The notes under the pieces were generated by a model. The model was not told where the DNA came from, searched no databases, and saw nothing but the letters and a program-made list of their open reading frames with translations. From Azolla caroliniana (lineage: Eukaryota; Plantae; Polypodiophyta), in assembly GCA_043228905.1 (NCBI GenBank), contig JBHGNT010000018.1, positions 186,001 through 250,000 on the forward strand: DNA of 64,000 nt, read 5' to 3'. Numbering within the stretch: the stretch's first letter is position 1; each line of letters opens with the position of its first letter. Made by a program: the position numbers and the translations under genes. Of this stretch, positions 28,644 to 40,553 are shown piece by piece.

Positions 28644-29645
28644 CGTCTCAACCCCTACGTTCCACACTGGCATCTAGTGAAATAGAGATATATATGAAGT
28701 ATATAATAGAGAGGTGAGAAAATTGGGTTTCAAACCCAAGACACAATGCTTGTAGTGTTATCGACTTACCACTAAGGTAAGCTAATTACGATAATAATAA
28801 AGAGAGAGAGAGAGACCAGGAGGTCATGGGTTCAATCCCTACTTTCCACAGTGGCGTCTAGTAAATTAAGATATATTTATGGATTAATAGAGAGGTGAGA
28901 AGATTGGGTTTTGAACCCAAGATGTAGTGCTAGTAGGGTATTAACTTACTACTAAGGTAAGCTAATTACAGTAAAAAAGAGAGGCCAAATGGATGTAGCT
29001 CAATTTATCATGGGTTCAACCTACATTCCACACTGGCATCTCGTAAATTAGGAGATATGTATGGAATTATAGAATAATAGAGATGTGATAAAATTGGGTT
29101 TCATACCCATGGCATCTAGTAAATTAGGAGATATGTACGGAATTATAGAATAATAGAGATGTGATAAAATTGGGTTTCATACCCAAGACGTAGTGCTAGT
29201 TGTCTAATGACACCATTATGGTAAGCTAATTACGATAGAACAAAATAGAGAGAGTTGCCAAATGGAGATCAAAAACTCGGGGTTAATGGAGATCAAAAGC
29301 TCGTGGTTCAACCCCGACATTCCACAATGGCATATGCTAAATTAGATATTTATGGAATAATATAGAGGTGAGAAATTTGACTTTCAAACCCAATACATAG
29401 TGCTAGAAGTCTAAAAACTTACTTGTAAGGTAAGTGAATTACAATGAAAGGAGTAACTCAAATGGTAAGGTTGCCCAATAGAGAACAGGTGATCATGGGT
29501 TCAACCCCTACATTCCACAATGTCTTGATTTATCACAAAGCCCAAATGGATGTAACTCACTTGGTAAGGTTGCCCAATAGAGAACATGTGATCATGGGTT
29601 CAACCCCTACATTCCACAATGGCATGTAGTGAATTAAGAGATATG
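28641..29645. repeat. Tandem cluster of ~200-230 bp units, each with a forward tRNA-like module and a reverse tRNA-like module (SINE-like)
   Basis: Repeated GGATGTA(G/A)CTCA.TTGGTAAGGTTGCCCAA...GGTCATGGGTTCAACCCCTACATTCCACA, then an AT-rich spacer, then TGGGTTTCAAACCCAAG...CTTACCACTAAGGTAAGC (A/B boxes on the minus strand). About 6 full or partial copies, some separated by (GA)n. Confidence 0.75.
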
Positions 29646-30024
29646 TCCCTATTGATATGGAACCAACCAAGTCTGTAAACTCACATGGATGTGCTTGTGC
29701 CACCACCAACTCTTTGAAAATTCTTAAATCAATGTTGAATCATGAGAGATGTACCAATACTCATAGTTACAAAAATATTGTAGTGTCGAGAAAAATGAAA
29801 TTTCTTAGAAACATATGACATGATCATCCCTTTGTGTAGAGCACGACAATATATTATATAGTGTTTGGATACATGAAAGTTCTTAAAAGTGTATGGCACA
29901 ATCATCCCTTCGTGTAGAGAACAATATATTATGTCAAAAACATGTCGTCAAATTCCCTTGTTGTAAGATAGTTATATATCTTTTTTTTAACTTCCATAGA
30001 GACATCAATTATAAATTATTGGGT

Positions 30025-30112
30025 GGGGCCTTGCCCATGGCTAGGATCAAACTTGGGTTCTCAAAATATTATGTCTTTGATGCTATGGTGTAAACCACCA
30101 AGCCAATGCCAA
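30025..30112 (-). repeat. Dispersed tRNA-derived SINE-like remnant (second copy at ~37458-37545)
   Basis: Minus strand has an A-box-like TGGCTTGGTGG and a decayed B-box. It shares GGGCC...CCCATGG and GCTATGGT.TAAA..ACCAAGCCAA with the 37458-37545 copy. Confidence 0.45.
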
Positions 30113-31392
30113 TTAGAGTAGTATGAAACAATGATATGATAATTTGAGAGAATGAGAGGCTCAAAGCCATTGACAATAATGGTAATTCCAATGGGTGTGT
30201 GCATGGTTAGAAGTTTATGGAGTGTATAATAAATAATAGGATAGGTTTTATATACGAAGTAAACACTCCTTAAAAGAGGGGAGTGCCATTTTTTTAGGCT
30301 AAAAGTGATAATAAGTTAATCAATGCTTAGAATTTTGAAATTGAACAATGGGATGGTGACCCACCAATCTTGTATGAGTATTGCATGTTGTAACAAAGAA
30401 GTGGTTATGTTTATGACATGATTGTTCTTATATCGTATTTCTTGTATCATTATCATCATTGGGAAACATTTGATATTCTAATTGTCTACGATGAAAATTC
30501 TTTAACTAAGTCAACTTTGAGCTTCTAGTTTGTGTTAAGTGATGCGTTGCGTTGTGTAATGCTTTGCATCAACGATCCATCAATAGGACATAGTTCTAAA
30601 TGGTCATACAACTCAGATGTTTACACTCTATAAAGGGAGAGATCCTTTGGATGGACCAACGAGTACATTTGGTAGTCCTTGTTTTTGCGTGCATATAAGA
30701 TCGAGGAAAGAGAAGCAAAAGGTTGCCATGTATTAGCCAAAACTTAGGACATGAACCTAAGAGTGGTTGATAACAATGTGAGGTTGGTGCATGTAGTTAT
30801 AAAAAATGGGAAGCATAATCAGATGATCGTGAAATCTTCGAGTCATAGTTTGAACATGTGAATGGGGTTTGACCAACCTAATCCTTTCCGAACATTGTTC
30901 TAAAATTTAGAATCTTGATTATGAGTATGGAAGAGAGTGAGCATCATAAGCTATTTCCTTTTGTCCTAATTAAGGTAATGAGTGGGGTTGCAAATTGTTG
31001 TACATAATCCTTGTTGGCATAAAAGGTTGACTCCTTCCACTTTGTATCCCTAGTGTGAACACGTTCACGAGAACGTCACTCATATATTCGAGATTGGATA
31101 CAATTATTTGTCGCTAGTCCTCTCGGAATAAGCATCGTTTTCAAATTTGAGATCCCTATATCTCAAAAAGAACAAAGTGTGTGGATACTCAATCCTCTCC
31201 AACCTTCATTCTCGTATACAATATAAATGATTGCCCCTATTGCATTAAACAACATGGGGGTGAAAATATGTGGGTGGGCATGTCATTGTGATTTTCATGT
31301 AGGTATCCCCAATCTATTGGTTTTACTTGAGCATGATGGTACTGCATTGAGATTTACCATCATTTTAATGTTCACAAGCGGCCGATTGTGAT

Positions 31393-31397
<5 letters not shown>

Positions 31398-31464
<67 letters not shown>
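31398..31464. repeat. (GA)n microsatellite
   Basis: Uninterrupted GA dinucleotide run of about 33 units. Confidence 0.95.
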
Positions 31465-31467
<3 letters not shown>

Positions 31468-31519
31468 AGTGAGAAAATAATATTATGATTAAGATGGTTG
31501 TGTTATGCTTAAAGGACCG

Positions 31520-32465
31520 TAGTTGCCCAATGGAGACTAGGAGGTCATGGGTTCAACCCCTACATTCTACAATGCCATCTAGTGAATTAAGAGATATGTA
31601 TAAAGTATATAATAAAGAGGTGAGAAATTTGGGTTTCAAACCCAAGAGGTAGTGCTTGTAGTGTAACAACTTACCACTAGGGTAATCTAATTACAAGATA
31701 GATCTAGATCTAGATCATTAGGTGTGTAGAGTCTTTCAACTATTGAAGTACTTAGACCAAATCAAGACAGAGATAGATGAATCATGATGAAGATATATTG
31801 TTGCTATCCTTAGGAGGTCAACAACGTGAATTATGGGTATGGGGGGTGGTGGGTACATTAAAACAAAGCATTAAAATACACAGAGAAGTACAAGACGAGA
31901 CGTACAAAAGACAAATGGATGTAGCATAGTTGGTAAGGTTGCCCAACAGAGACCATAAGATCATGGCTTCAATGGCTACATTCCATAGTGGCATCTAGTA
32001 AATTAAGACATTTGTGGTAGTTGATAGGGTTAGAGAACTCATGGAATCTTAACGATGAAGAGAGACAACTGTACAAGGTAACATTTCATTATATTCGACA
32101 TCTAAATTGCCATGTAGAGCGGGATTGACTTGAGTAGTATTTAGATCCCAAGAGTTCAATATTTTGTTGCAAGTTAGTCACGTGGTGTGTAGAGTGGGTG
32201 GTGTTTCTTCATTCCTGATGGAAGACATTATTTATGAGAGAGAGAGAGAGAGTGAGTGAGAGAGAGAATTGGGCCTCGAACCCAAGACCTAGGGCTAGTA
32301 ATGTAACAACTTATCACCAAGGTAATCATGGTGGTGCTTTTTCGTTCATAATGAAAGATATATTTATTGAGAGAGAGAGATAGAGAGGAAATTGAGTCTC
32401 AAACTCAAGATGTAAGGCTAGTAGTGTAACAACTTACCACTACGGTAAGGTAGTTACGATAAAAA
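31520..32465. repeat. Further copies of the convergent tRNA-like repeat
   Basis: Two-module copy at ~31520-31700, forward module at ~31914-32010, reverse modules at ~32268-32325 and ~32390-32460. Confidence 0.7.
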
Positions 32466-32725
32466 CAAATAGAGAGATTTTAGATTTTTGTTTTTATCAT
32501 CCATAAATGGCCGGTTTTGACATTTAGGACCAGAGTATACGTGTTCTTGATATGTGTGTCCTTCCTAAAAGGGTATTCATACATTGGAAGCACAAAGTTT
32601 GTATGTGATAGAGACTCGAGAGAGAACTAAGTAAGACACATGGAATCCGGCAAAGAGGAGCGGGAAAAAGACACACATGGAATCTGGTCTTTGTAAGCTC
32701 AAAAAGGTTGGTCGCTTTAGTGTTT

Positions 32726-32846
32726 GGTCAAAAATAAATAAAAAGTCTTAGTCAAACAAGACCGTGCAAAGTCAAGGTCTCGTGGGACTTTGAAAAAAGC
32801 TAGATCAGACGCACATCCAAACCTTTTCCAGATCTCCGCATTGACT
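32726..32846. promoter_or_regulatory. W-box cluster upstream of the MACPF gene
   Basis: Four TTGACY/RGTCAA sites (32726, 32750, 32770, 32841) within 300 bp of the ATG. Confidence 0.5.
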
Positions 32847-33025
32847 CAGGCTGAGTACTCAAAACAAAAACGGAGACAGAAGAGAAAAAAACGCAGATGA
32901 AAGACGAAGGCCTCCCTGAGCTGCTGGTGTGATCTGTTTCTGCGGCACAATTCTTCTAAACTTAGTCATTGGGAAGTGTTTGCTCTGCAGTAGAATTCAT
33001 CAAACCTTAATGTCATGATCAGGCT

Positions 33026-36000
33026 ATGGCAGGGATTGATGATAATGGAAGAGAAGGAGGCGCCGTCTCTGCTGCTCTGAGTGCTGTACAAGCTCTTGGT
33101 CGAGGCTTTGATGTGACTTGTGATATGCGTTTGCTGTATTGTAAAGGAGTGGCTGGAACAAGGATTCTCACCACCACTGATGAAGATAACCGCCGTGATC
33201 TTGACTTTCCCGGAGGTTTTTGCATTCCGGGAGTTCTTTCAGATGTCCATGTACGCGATGAGAAGCCTTCACGAAATACGATTGGATTTTTGGACTTTGA
33301 TGAGGCATGTTGCAGTAGGGTTGTTGTCCTTTCTTGTTATAAATGTTCTCTATATTGATTCGCACTGTGGATTTTGATGAGATGTGTTGCTCTGTAATTG
33401 ATAATTTTGGGTTTTTGTTTTGTATGCGTGCTCAAAATAGTCTCTGCGTTGCTTCAAATTATGCACTTTGACTAGGTATGTACCACTTTGCAATAAATGA
33501 CATTATGGATTTTGATGGGTGTGTTGCTCAGTAATTCACAATAGTCAGTTATTGTTGTGTTTGTGTGTTCGAAGTAGTCTCTGCATTGGTTCAAATTGTG
33601 CCCTTTGACAACTTATGTATCATGTTATAATTCATTATGGTCTTTTCACATTAGAAACAGTCTATGTGTTGATTCGTGTTGGCCATGTATGTGTATCTGG
33701 ATGAGATAACCCACATTTGTGGTATTTTCATGCTTGAAAAGGTCTATGCATCGATGTGCATTCATCATATCTGTGGACTTCGATGAATATGTGGCTTAAT
33801 CAATTCACAGTCATGTTCTTTGCATGTTAGAACATTTCTATGTATCAATTCACATTGTGTGCTTCGATGACGTTTGCCATTTTGTAATGCACAATTGTGG
33901 TCGCTACATTTTAGAAACAGTCAATGTGTTGATTCAGATAATGTACTTTGATGAGGTGTGCCACTTTGTAATGCACCATTGTGGTCTCCACATATTTAGA
34001 AACAGTCTATGTATTGATTCACATGATATACTTTGTAGTCCACAATTGTGGTATTTTCTTGTTAGAAACAGTTAATGTGTTGATTCACATTGTATACTTT
34101 GATGATGTATCAGTATCTTACGTCCTTGTTAGAAATGGTCTTTGCACGGGTCCATGTTTGTGGACTTTGATGTAATTTGACAGGGGGCACATATTTCCTA
34201 GGTACGCAGGAAGATGACATGAGATACTTGTGAGGGGAGATTGTGGTGTCTAATATCCACCCATCCATACAGTATACTGACCGCATCACACTCTTATTAG
34301 TGTTAGGATCAGTTTTTTTGGTTGGCCTGCACATAAAGCTTTATTCACATCCCTAAGTTGGGAAAGCATTATGCTTGGAAATAGCTCCCTAAGTTTCTTC
34401 TATGCTTCGAAAGCATCATCTAAAGACTTTACTTGGGATAAGGGCTGAGAAAATTAGCAATCTCATATGGTTCAAAATTGTGATAAAGTAGTTTTACACA
34501 CTTCTATTTTTTTTAACAGATGTCGAAACTCTTCAACAAGAAAGCAGGGCTGCCAGGAAAGACTCCATTAGGCATGTTCAATGCAATGTTTAACTTCTCA
34601 GGTTCATGGCAAGTTGATTCCTTACAAGTAAAGGGACTTGGTGTTGATGGCTGGGTCATTCCTTTGTATAGTGTATATCTAAAGCCGCCTTTTATATTGT
34701 GCAAAGAAGTGAAGAAAGCTGTGCCTACCTCATGGGATCCAGCTGCTTTAGCAAGGTCATTATAGATAGCACCCTTCAAATGTTGTATTTAAATGAATCA
34801 ATAACCAATTTGATTTAGTAGTTTTGTGATCATTGCAGTTTTATAGAAAAATATGGTACTCATGTAATTATAAGTGTAGAAGTGGGTGGTAAGGATGCTA
34901 TATATGTAAAACAACACCAATCATCTACTTCGACAAAGCATGAAATGGAGGGACTTTTGCACGACCTAGTGGAAGCCAGGCTTGAAGGCCGTGAAAACAA
35001 TACATTGGATAAAAATGATAGGGTATGCAATCATATTGCCATTTGCTTTTCATATTATAAGAAGTATCTGTAATTCTCTAAACCGATTTGTGGAATATTT
35101 TGTCTGACCTACTTTGGATGATCAGATTGTGGTTACAAGCCCAAAATCCCGACATCAGCCCCTACCTACTGATGGCTCATCATCTCTTGCAGGAAAAGAA
35201 GTAAATATTTTCTGAAAGTTCAGTCCATGTAGGATGGAGAATGTAACCACGTTTCATCATTTCTTTTGCAGGATGTCACCGTGATATACAGGAGACGAGG
35301 TGGTAATGATCTAATTCAAGACCATGGTAAATGGAGAAAAACTATAAAGTCCAATCCAGATGTCTTATCCATGTCATTTGTATCCATTACTTCATTACTT
35401 GAACGTGGACCTGCCCAAGAAAATCTAGAGTGTGCAATTGAAGCTTACCTCACTTGTAAGTCAATACTCAAAATTATGCCTACAGATGTAACACGAAGAA
35501 ATGGCAGTCACCTTGATATTGATTTCTATGTTCAAACACTCGCGCATTTACACTCTTAATAATTCTAGCTTTGTACTTTTTGTAGACGAGGGGAAATTAT
35601 GAACATTCCTTTGAATTTAGCATGAATATTTCTGGTCTTAAGAAGTGGTAACTTCTTTGTGCAGATAAACCTCCTTTAGAGGAATTGCGTTACTTCTTTG
35701 AGTTTAGAATTCCACGGGCCTGGGCACCGGTTGCTAGTCAAGTTGGTTCTTCAAGAAAGGAACCCGTATGCCCATCGTTGCAATTCAGCCTTATGGGGCC
35801 CAAGCTCTTCATCAGTACAGAGCAGGTCATGCAATACAATAGAGCACAAATATATGCTGTATATGACACACTTATTTTAACAGCCTAATTATTATTAAGA
35901 AGACTGATGTATTAACACAACTTCTATTATCATGCATACATTTGGACATCCATCTATTTGAGCAAAATTTGCAGACATGTATTTACTGAAATGTAACAAA

Positions 36001-36897
36001 CATGCCACAAATTCCTATGTATTTGCCAAAATTCCACCCTTTTTGCTTTATGCCACGGATAACTCTCTGTACATTGCAGAAAGAGTGGCATTTTGATGCT
36101 ACATCAAATGTTTGTGACATTTGTAATTCTTTTTGGCAAATATACTGGCAATTTTAAGGAGGTTTCGCATTGTGGTAGCATACATTTAGATCCACACAAT
36201 TATATATTTTCTATCGTCATATAAGCTGATGGATGTGTTTCTATTTTGACAAATTCAGGTTTCGGTTGGCAGGAAGCCAGTTACTGGGCTCCGTTTATGC
36301 CTGGAAGGCGTGAAATTAAACCGGCTCGCAGTGCACGTGCAACACCTCTCTGTGCTTCCAAAGATACTTGAGCCACACTGGAATCCTTATGTTCCTATTG
36401 GTGCTCCTAAATGGCATGGACCTGAAGAGCAAGATAGTAGATGGTTTGAACCCCTGCGGTGGAATAACTTCGCACATATTAGCACTGCGCCAGTCGAGTT
36501 CAATCAAACATGGCTTGGAGATGCATCGGGAGCTTATATTGTCACGGGGGCACAACTCGGTGTATGGGATTTCAGACTCAAAAGTGTACTGCATTTGAAG
36601 CTTCTTTACTCCAAGGTTCCGGGATGTACTATAAGGAGATCTGTATGGGAGCATTCACCTGAGCCTTTGGGACAGCAACTACCTCTTCTTAAGTCGAAGG
36701 CAGATGCAAATCTCTCGACTGCAGCAACGGCCACCACCACACATGTGACCCAAAAGCTTTCGAAGTTTGTTGATACAACCGAGTTAATGCGAGGGCCCGA
36801 GAATTTACCCGGGCACTGGTTGGTTACTGGTGCGAAGCTATGTGTGGAAAAGAGCAGGATCTTTTTACGCGTTAAGTATTCTCTTCTAAATTATTAG
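33026..36897 (+). CDS. CAD1: MACPF domain-containing protein, CAD1/NSL2-like, ~585 aa
   Basis: Exons 33026-33304, 34520-34755, 34839-35022, 35126-35200, 35272-35455, 35665-35825, 36259-36897 (586 codons). Motifs ALGRGFDVTCDMRLLYCKG, WDPAALASFIEKYGTH, YKPPLEELRYF, GPEEQDSRWFEP, and GHWLVTGAKL...RVKYSLLNY. Intron 1 is predicted GC-AG. Confidence 0.9.
33640..34150. repeat. Degenerate intronic minisatellite (~65-80 bp units)
   Basis: Recurrent TTAGAAACAGTC(T/A)ATGTGTTGATTCAC...TACTTTG...CACAATTGTGG, about 6 copies, in MACPF intron 1. Confidence 0.7.
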
Positions 36898-37515
36898 AGG
36901 TGTTCTTTTGTTTACGTCGTTTTGTGGTTCTCACGTGTGCACATATCAGAAAGGTGTTATTGTGCTCTCTTGGGCTATCTCGAAAAATGCTTGAGAAAGT
37001 TGCTTTGCCTACAACAATGATCTCTTTATCGTAAAAAAAAATCCATTGGAAATGGCCATTTTTCTGTCCAAATTCATGACCTGTCCATTTCTGTTGGATT
37101 TTATAGTTGACTTGCTCTTTGATGAGGTGGAAGTAAAAACAATGGACCTTGTGGTGTGTTCACATGAACAAGTTCCACATTTTCATTTACGCCTCTTGAC
37201 TGTAGGCAATGGGAATAATTGTAGGCATTGAAAGTAATAAACTTGCATGAGAAGGCAAACACTGCAATTGCATTAGCTTATAGATTGGGGTAATGAAGAG
37301 ATGTCTTTAGACAGGAGCAAAAATGAACTTTTCATCAATCCTTGAAATGAAAGAGGAATGTGATGCATTTGAACAAGAATATGTTTTCAAATAGAGATCT
37401 ATCTATATATAGATATCTTTTTAACATCCATAAGAGATCGATTGTGATCTATGAGATGGGGCCTAACCCATGGTGAAGATTGAAATTCAGGTCTCTCAAT
37501 TTTATGACTTTTGAG

Positions 37516-38058
37516 GCTATGGTCTAAAGTACCAAGCCAAGAGAGAATTGAATAGAATGGAATAGAAATTTTATCGTCCATGATGATGCCAAATTTGACC
37601 TATCCGACCAAATCACATATCATCTTGTATGTGATTCCTTCCTAAGGAGGTTATTTAAAACTGTACCATTGAAACAAATTGAAACTTAAATTGAAAAGCT
37701 ATGGTCTAAAGTACCAAGCCAAGAGAGAATTGAATAGAATGGAATAGAAATTTTATCGTCCATGATGATGCCAAATTTGACCTATCCGACCAAATCACAT
37801 ATCATCTTGTATGTGATTCCTTCCTAAGGAGGTTATTTAAAACTGTACCATTGAAACAAATTGAAACTTAAACTGAAAAGCTATGGTCTAAAGTACCAAG
37901 CCAAGAGAGAATTGAATAGAATGGAATAGAAATTTTACCGTCCATGATGATGCCAAATTTGACCTATCTGACCAAATCACATATCATCTTGTATGTGATT
38001 CCTTCCTAAGGAGGTTATTTAAAACTGTACCATTGAAACAAATTGAAACTTAAACTGA
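37516..38058. repeat. Near-perfect tandem triplication, 3 x 182 bp
   Basis: GCTATGGTCTAAAGTACCAAGCC...GAAACTTAAA starts at 37516, 37698 and 37880 with only a few substitutions. Confidence 0.92.
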
Positions 38059-40553
38059 ACCAAACCAAACTAAACCATGAAATTGTTTAAACCAAAACCG
38101 TTTACATCGAAACTGCTCAAATCAAACCATTATAAAAAATCTAAGCTCAAACCAAACACTTAAACCATTAAACTTGTGGGTTTGTAGTTTGGTTTCGGTT
38201 TTCAAGTTAGGTCAAAATTCAAAAACTCAAAAATTTAAAGATTTTTCTTAAAATGTCATAATTAGGCTTCAATTAAAAGGTTGTTCAAAATAATAATAAT
38301 AAATTAATACACAAGTGTCAATTCTAAATTGTTCAAACCATTTAAACAAAAAGTTGTTAAGTCGGTCAAGGTTCAAACTGAACTGAACTAAACAATCGAC
38401 ACCCAAATCACATATTTTACAACAACTTGAATTTCAACCAAATGGAACGGTTGACCCCCAAATTGAACCGTTTACAAAAACCTTGACCTTGACCTTGAAT
38501 TGAATTGAATAGTTTAAACTGTTAAGCCATGATTTTGTGGTTCGGTTTGGTTCAATTCAAATTGAACCATTGCCAAATACCATTAACAAGTCATCATATT
38601 TCTCATGAATTACCTTATACACAGAGCACTGCATACCTTGCATATCTTCATGTTTGCATGATGATGCCATAATGCTAGCTCAACACCTAACTTGTGTGAA
38701 TGTGGAGGCTCCCAAGAGCCAAGACTCATGGGGTATTGAGATGTGATTGGATGGGCCTCATTTTAATATTTTTCCTTGTGTTGGGGCCAATATTGGGGGG
38801 TTAATATTTGCAATATAATATTCCAAATTTAAGATTTTAGCATCTTGCCGATTCATTCTTAGTGCCTCCAATAATCTATCCTCAATGAGCACATAATTCA
38901 TAGCATTACATGAGAACTCCAATAGATCGTTTGCCCCCTATCTCTTAAACAATATCATAAAATCAAGCACCCAACCAAATGATAAGATTTTGCTCTTATT
39001 AGTTTTTTGCATCCTATGTTCCGAGCTTGTTTGGACAACCAATGATCAAGCATATTCTTGACTTTTGTGATATATTAGTATACACTTTCCATGGCTACTA
39101 CCTCCTTAGGTTGAGCACTTGTTTCTAATAGCATGATGAGGTAGGATGTTGAAAATTTGCCCCCAATTGTCTACATAAGAACATTTTGAACATTTTCTCT
39201 ATTTAATTCCATGCAAAAGTGAGATATTGCCACCCCACACTCCATACAACGACATTTGGACGGACATAGCATGAATAGCATCAATCTCACTTCACATCTT
39301 GTAAGAAGCCTTATTGTAGTGGTACGACCTTGATATGAATTTGCAAGAGCGTCAAGAACTTTAGAAACTATTCGTCTCTCTGAAATCACTTCATCAATAT
39401 TGAGTGGTTAATTGAGCTATTTGGTGAAAAACTATTTAAATTAATCATAAATTATATTGATGTTGCATTTCATGTTTCAATTGTATATTGTTTATAGATT
39501 CTTTAATTGTATGATGAATTTGGAACTCAAGCACAATGAGCACGTGGTCAATTGGTCTTAGAAATAAAAGAATGTATGAAGGATGTCGATGCATTTTTGG
39601 GGAATGCAACTAATTGGGAGAACGTCTTTCTCAGCATTGGCAACCTTGTTGGCATGAATGTTATTATTGTACCAACAATTTTGAAACAAATTCAAAACCG
39701 CATGAAGGTGGTACCTCTAGAAGGACGACCGTGACCACTAGAATCTATGGTGCATCTTATCACGATTCAAAGGTAATAGTAGCAATGGGAAATCACCAAA
39801 ATGCTTAACTTGCTACGATGCCCAAGGTTTAAAGATGATTCTTTATGATTGTGGGTGTTGGCGTTTAATCTAGTAAAGCGTGAAAACTAAAGGGTATTTT
39901 GGTATTTACCAAGAAGTTACATGAAGGTTTCTATGTTTTTCCTCAATAATGATAATTATTTCTAATTGAAGTTTGAGTTTGTTAGGGAGTTCATTCCCCC
40001 ATATTCCTCACTTTCAGAAAGTTAATATCGTGGCTTTGGACTTGAAGGTGATTGCCTTGGCAATGGCTTACCGAGGGCAGATTAGACATCACCTTGAGCA
40101 CTCACCAATAGATAATCCAAGGAAACATGTAGAAATTTGCTCTTTTTTGTACCAAAAGAAACTTAAGATGGCAATTGGTGAATGTTTCTTATGGATGCTC
40201 TATCTTAATTTTTATTTGATTTACATAATGAATTTCATGGTGCTAGAAAATACATGAGCCTGTCACTATATCATACACAAGCGCTGTCCTGATCCTCCAA
40301 AAGGTCACATAAAAAATTGTCATGAATTGCATGGTAACATAGAAAACCTACTTACTTCTTTCCTATACAAGCACATCCTTTGTGGTAACAGAGAAAACTT
40401 GGGGCTTGTATCATTACAAACGCACATCCCGTTGCGACAAAAGAATCAACTGCATGCATTGCATGCCTATTTTGTGCATAAGTTTGGTTAAAATAGCGGG
40501 GGCATAAACCACATTTTCACATATTGCAATTCAATGCTAATCGAGTGTTCCTA

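Noticed and set aside
28985-32010. Functional tRNA genes in the tRNA-like repeats
   Set aside because: No consistent anticodon arm, copies are mutually diverged and truncated, and they sit in a repeat unit. SINE-like rather than tRNA genes.
33640-34150. CRISPR-like repeat-spacer array
   Set aside because: Eukaryotic intron, the whole units are homologous with no unique spacers, and there are no cas genes.
38060-38580. AAACC/GGTTT-rich MITE-like element
   Set aside because: Composition is suggestive, but I could not define terminal inverted repeats or a TSD.
38600-40260. Possible decayed transposase
   Set aside because: Only short ORFs with no diagnostic motif that I can recognise.
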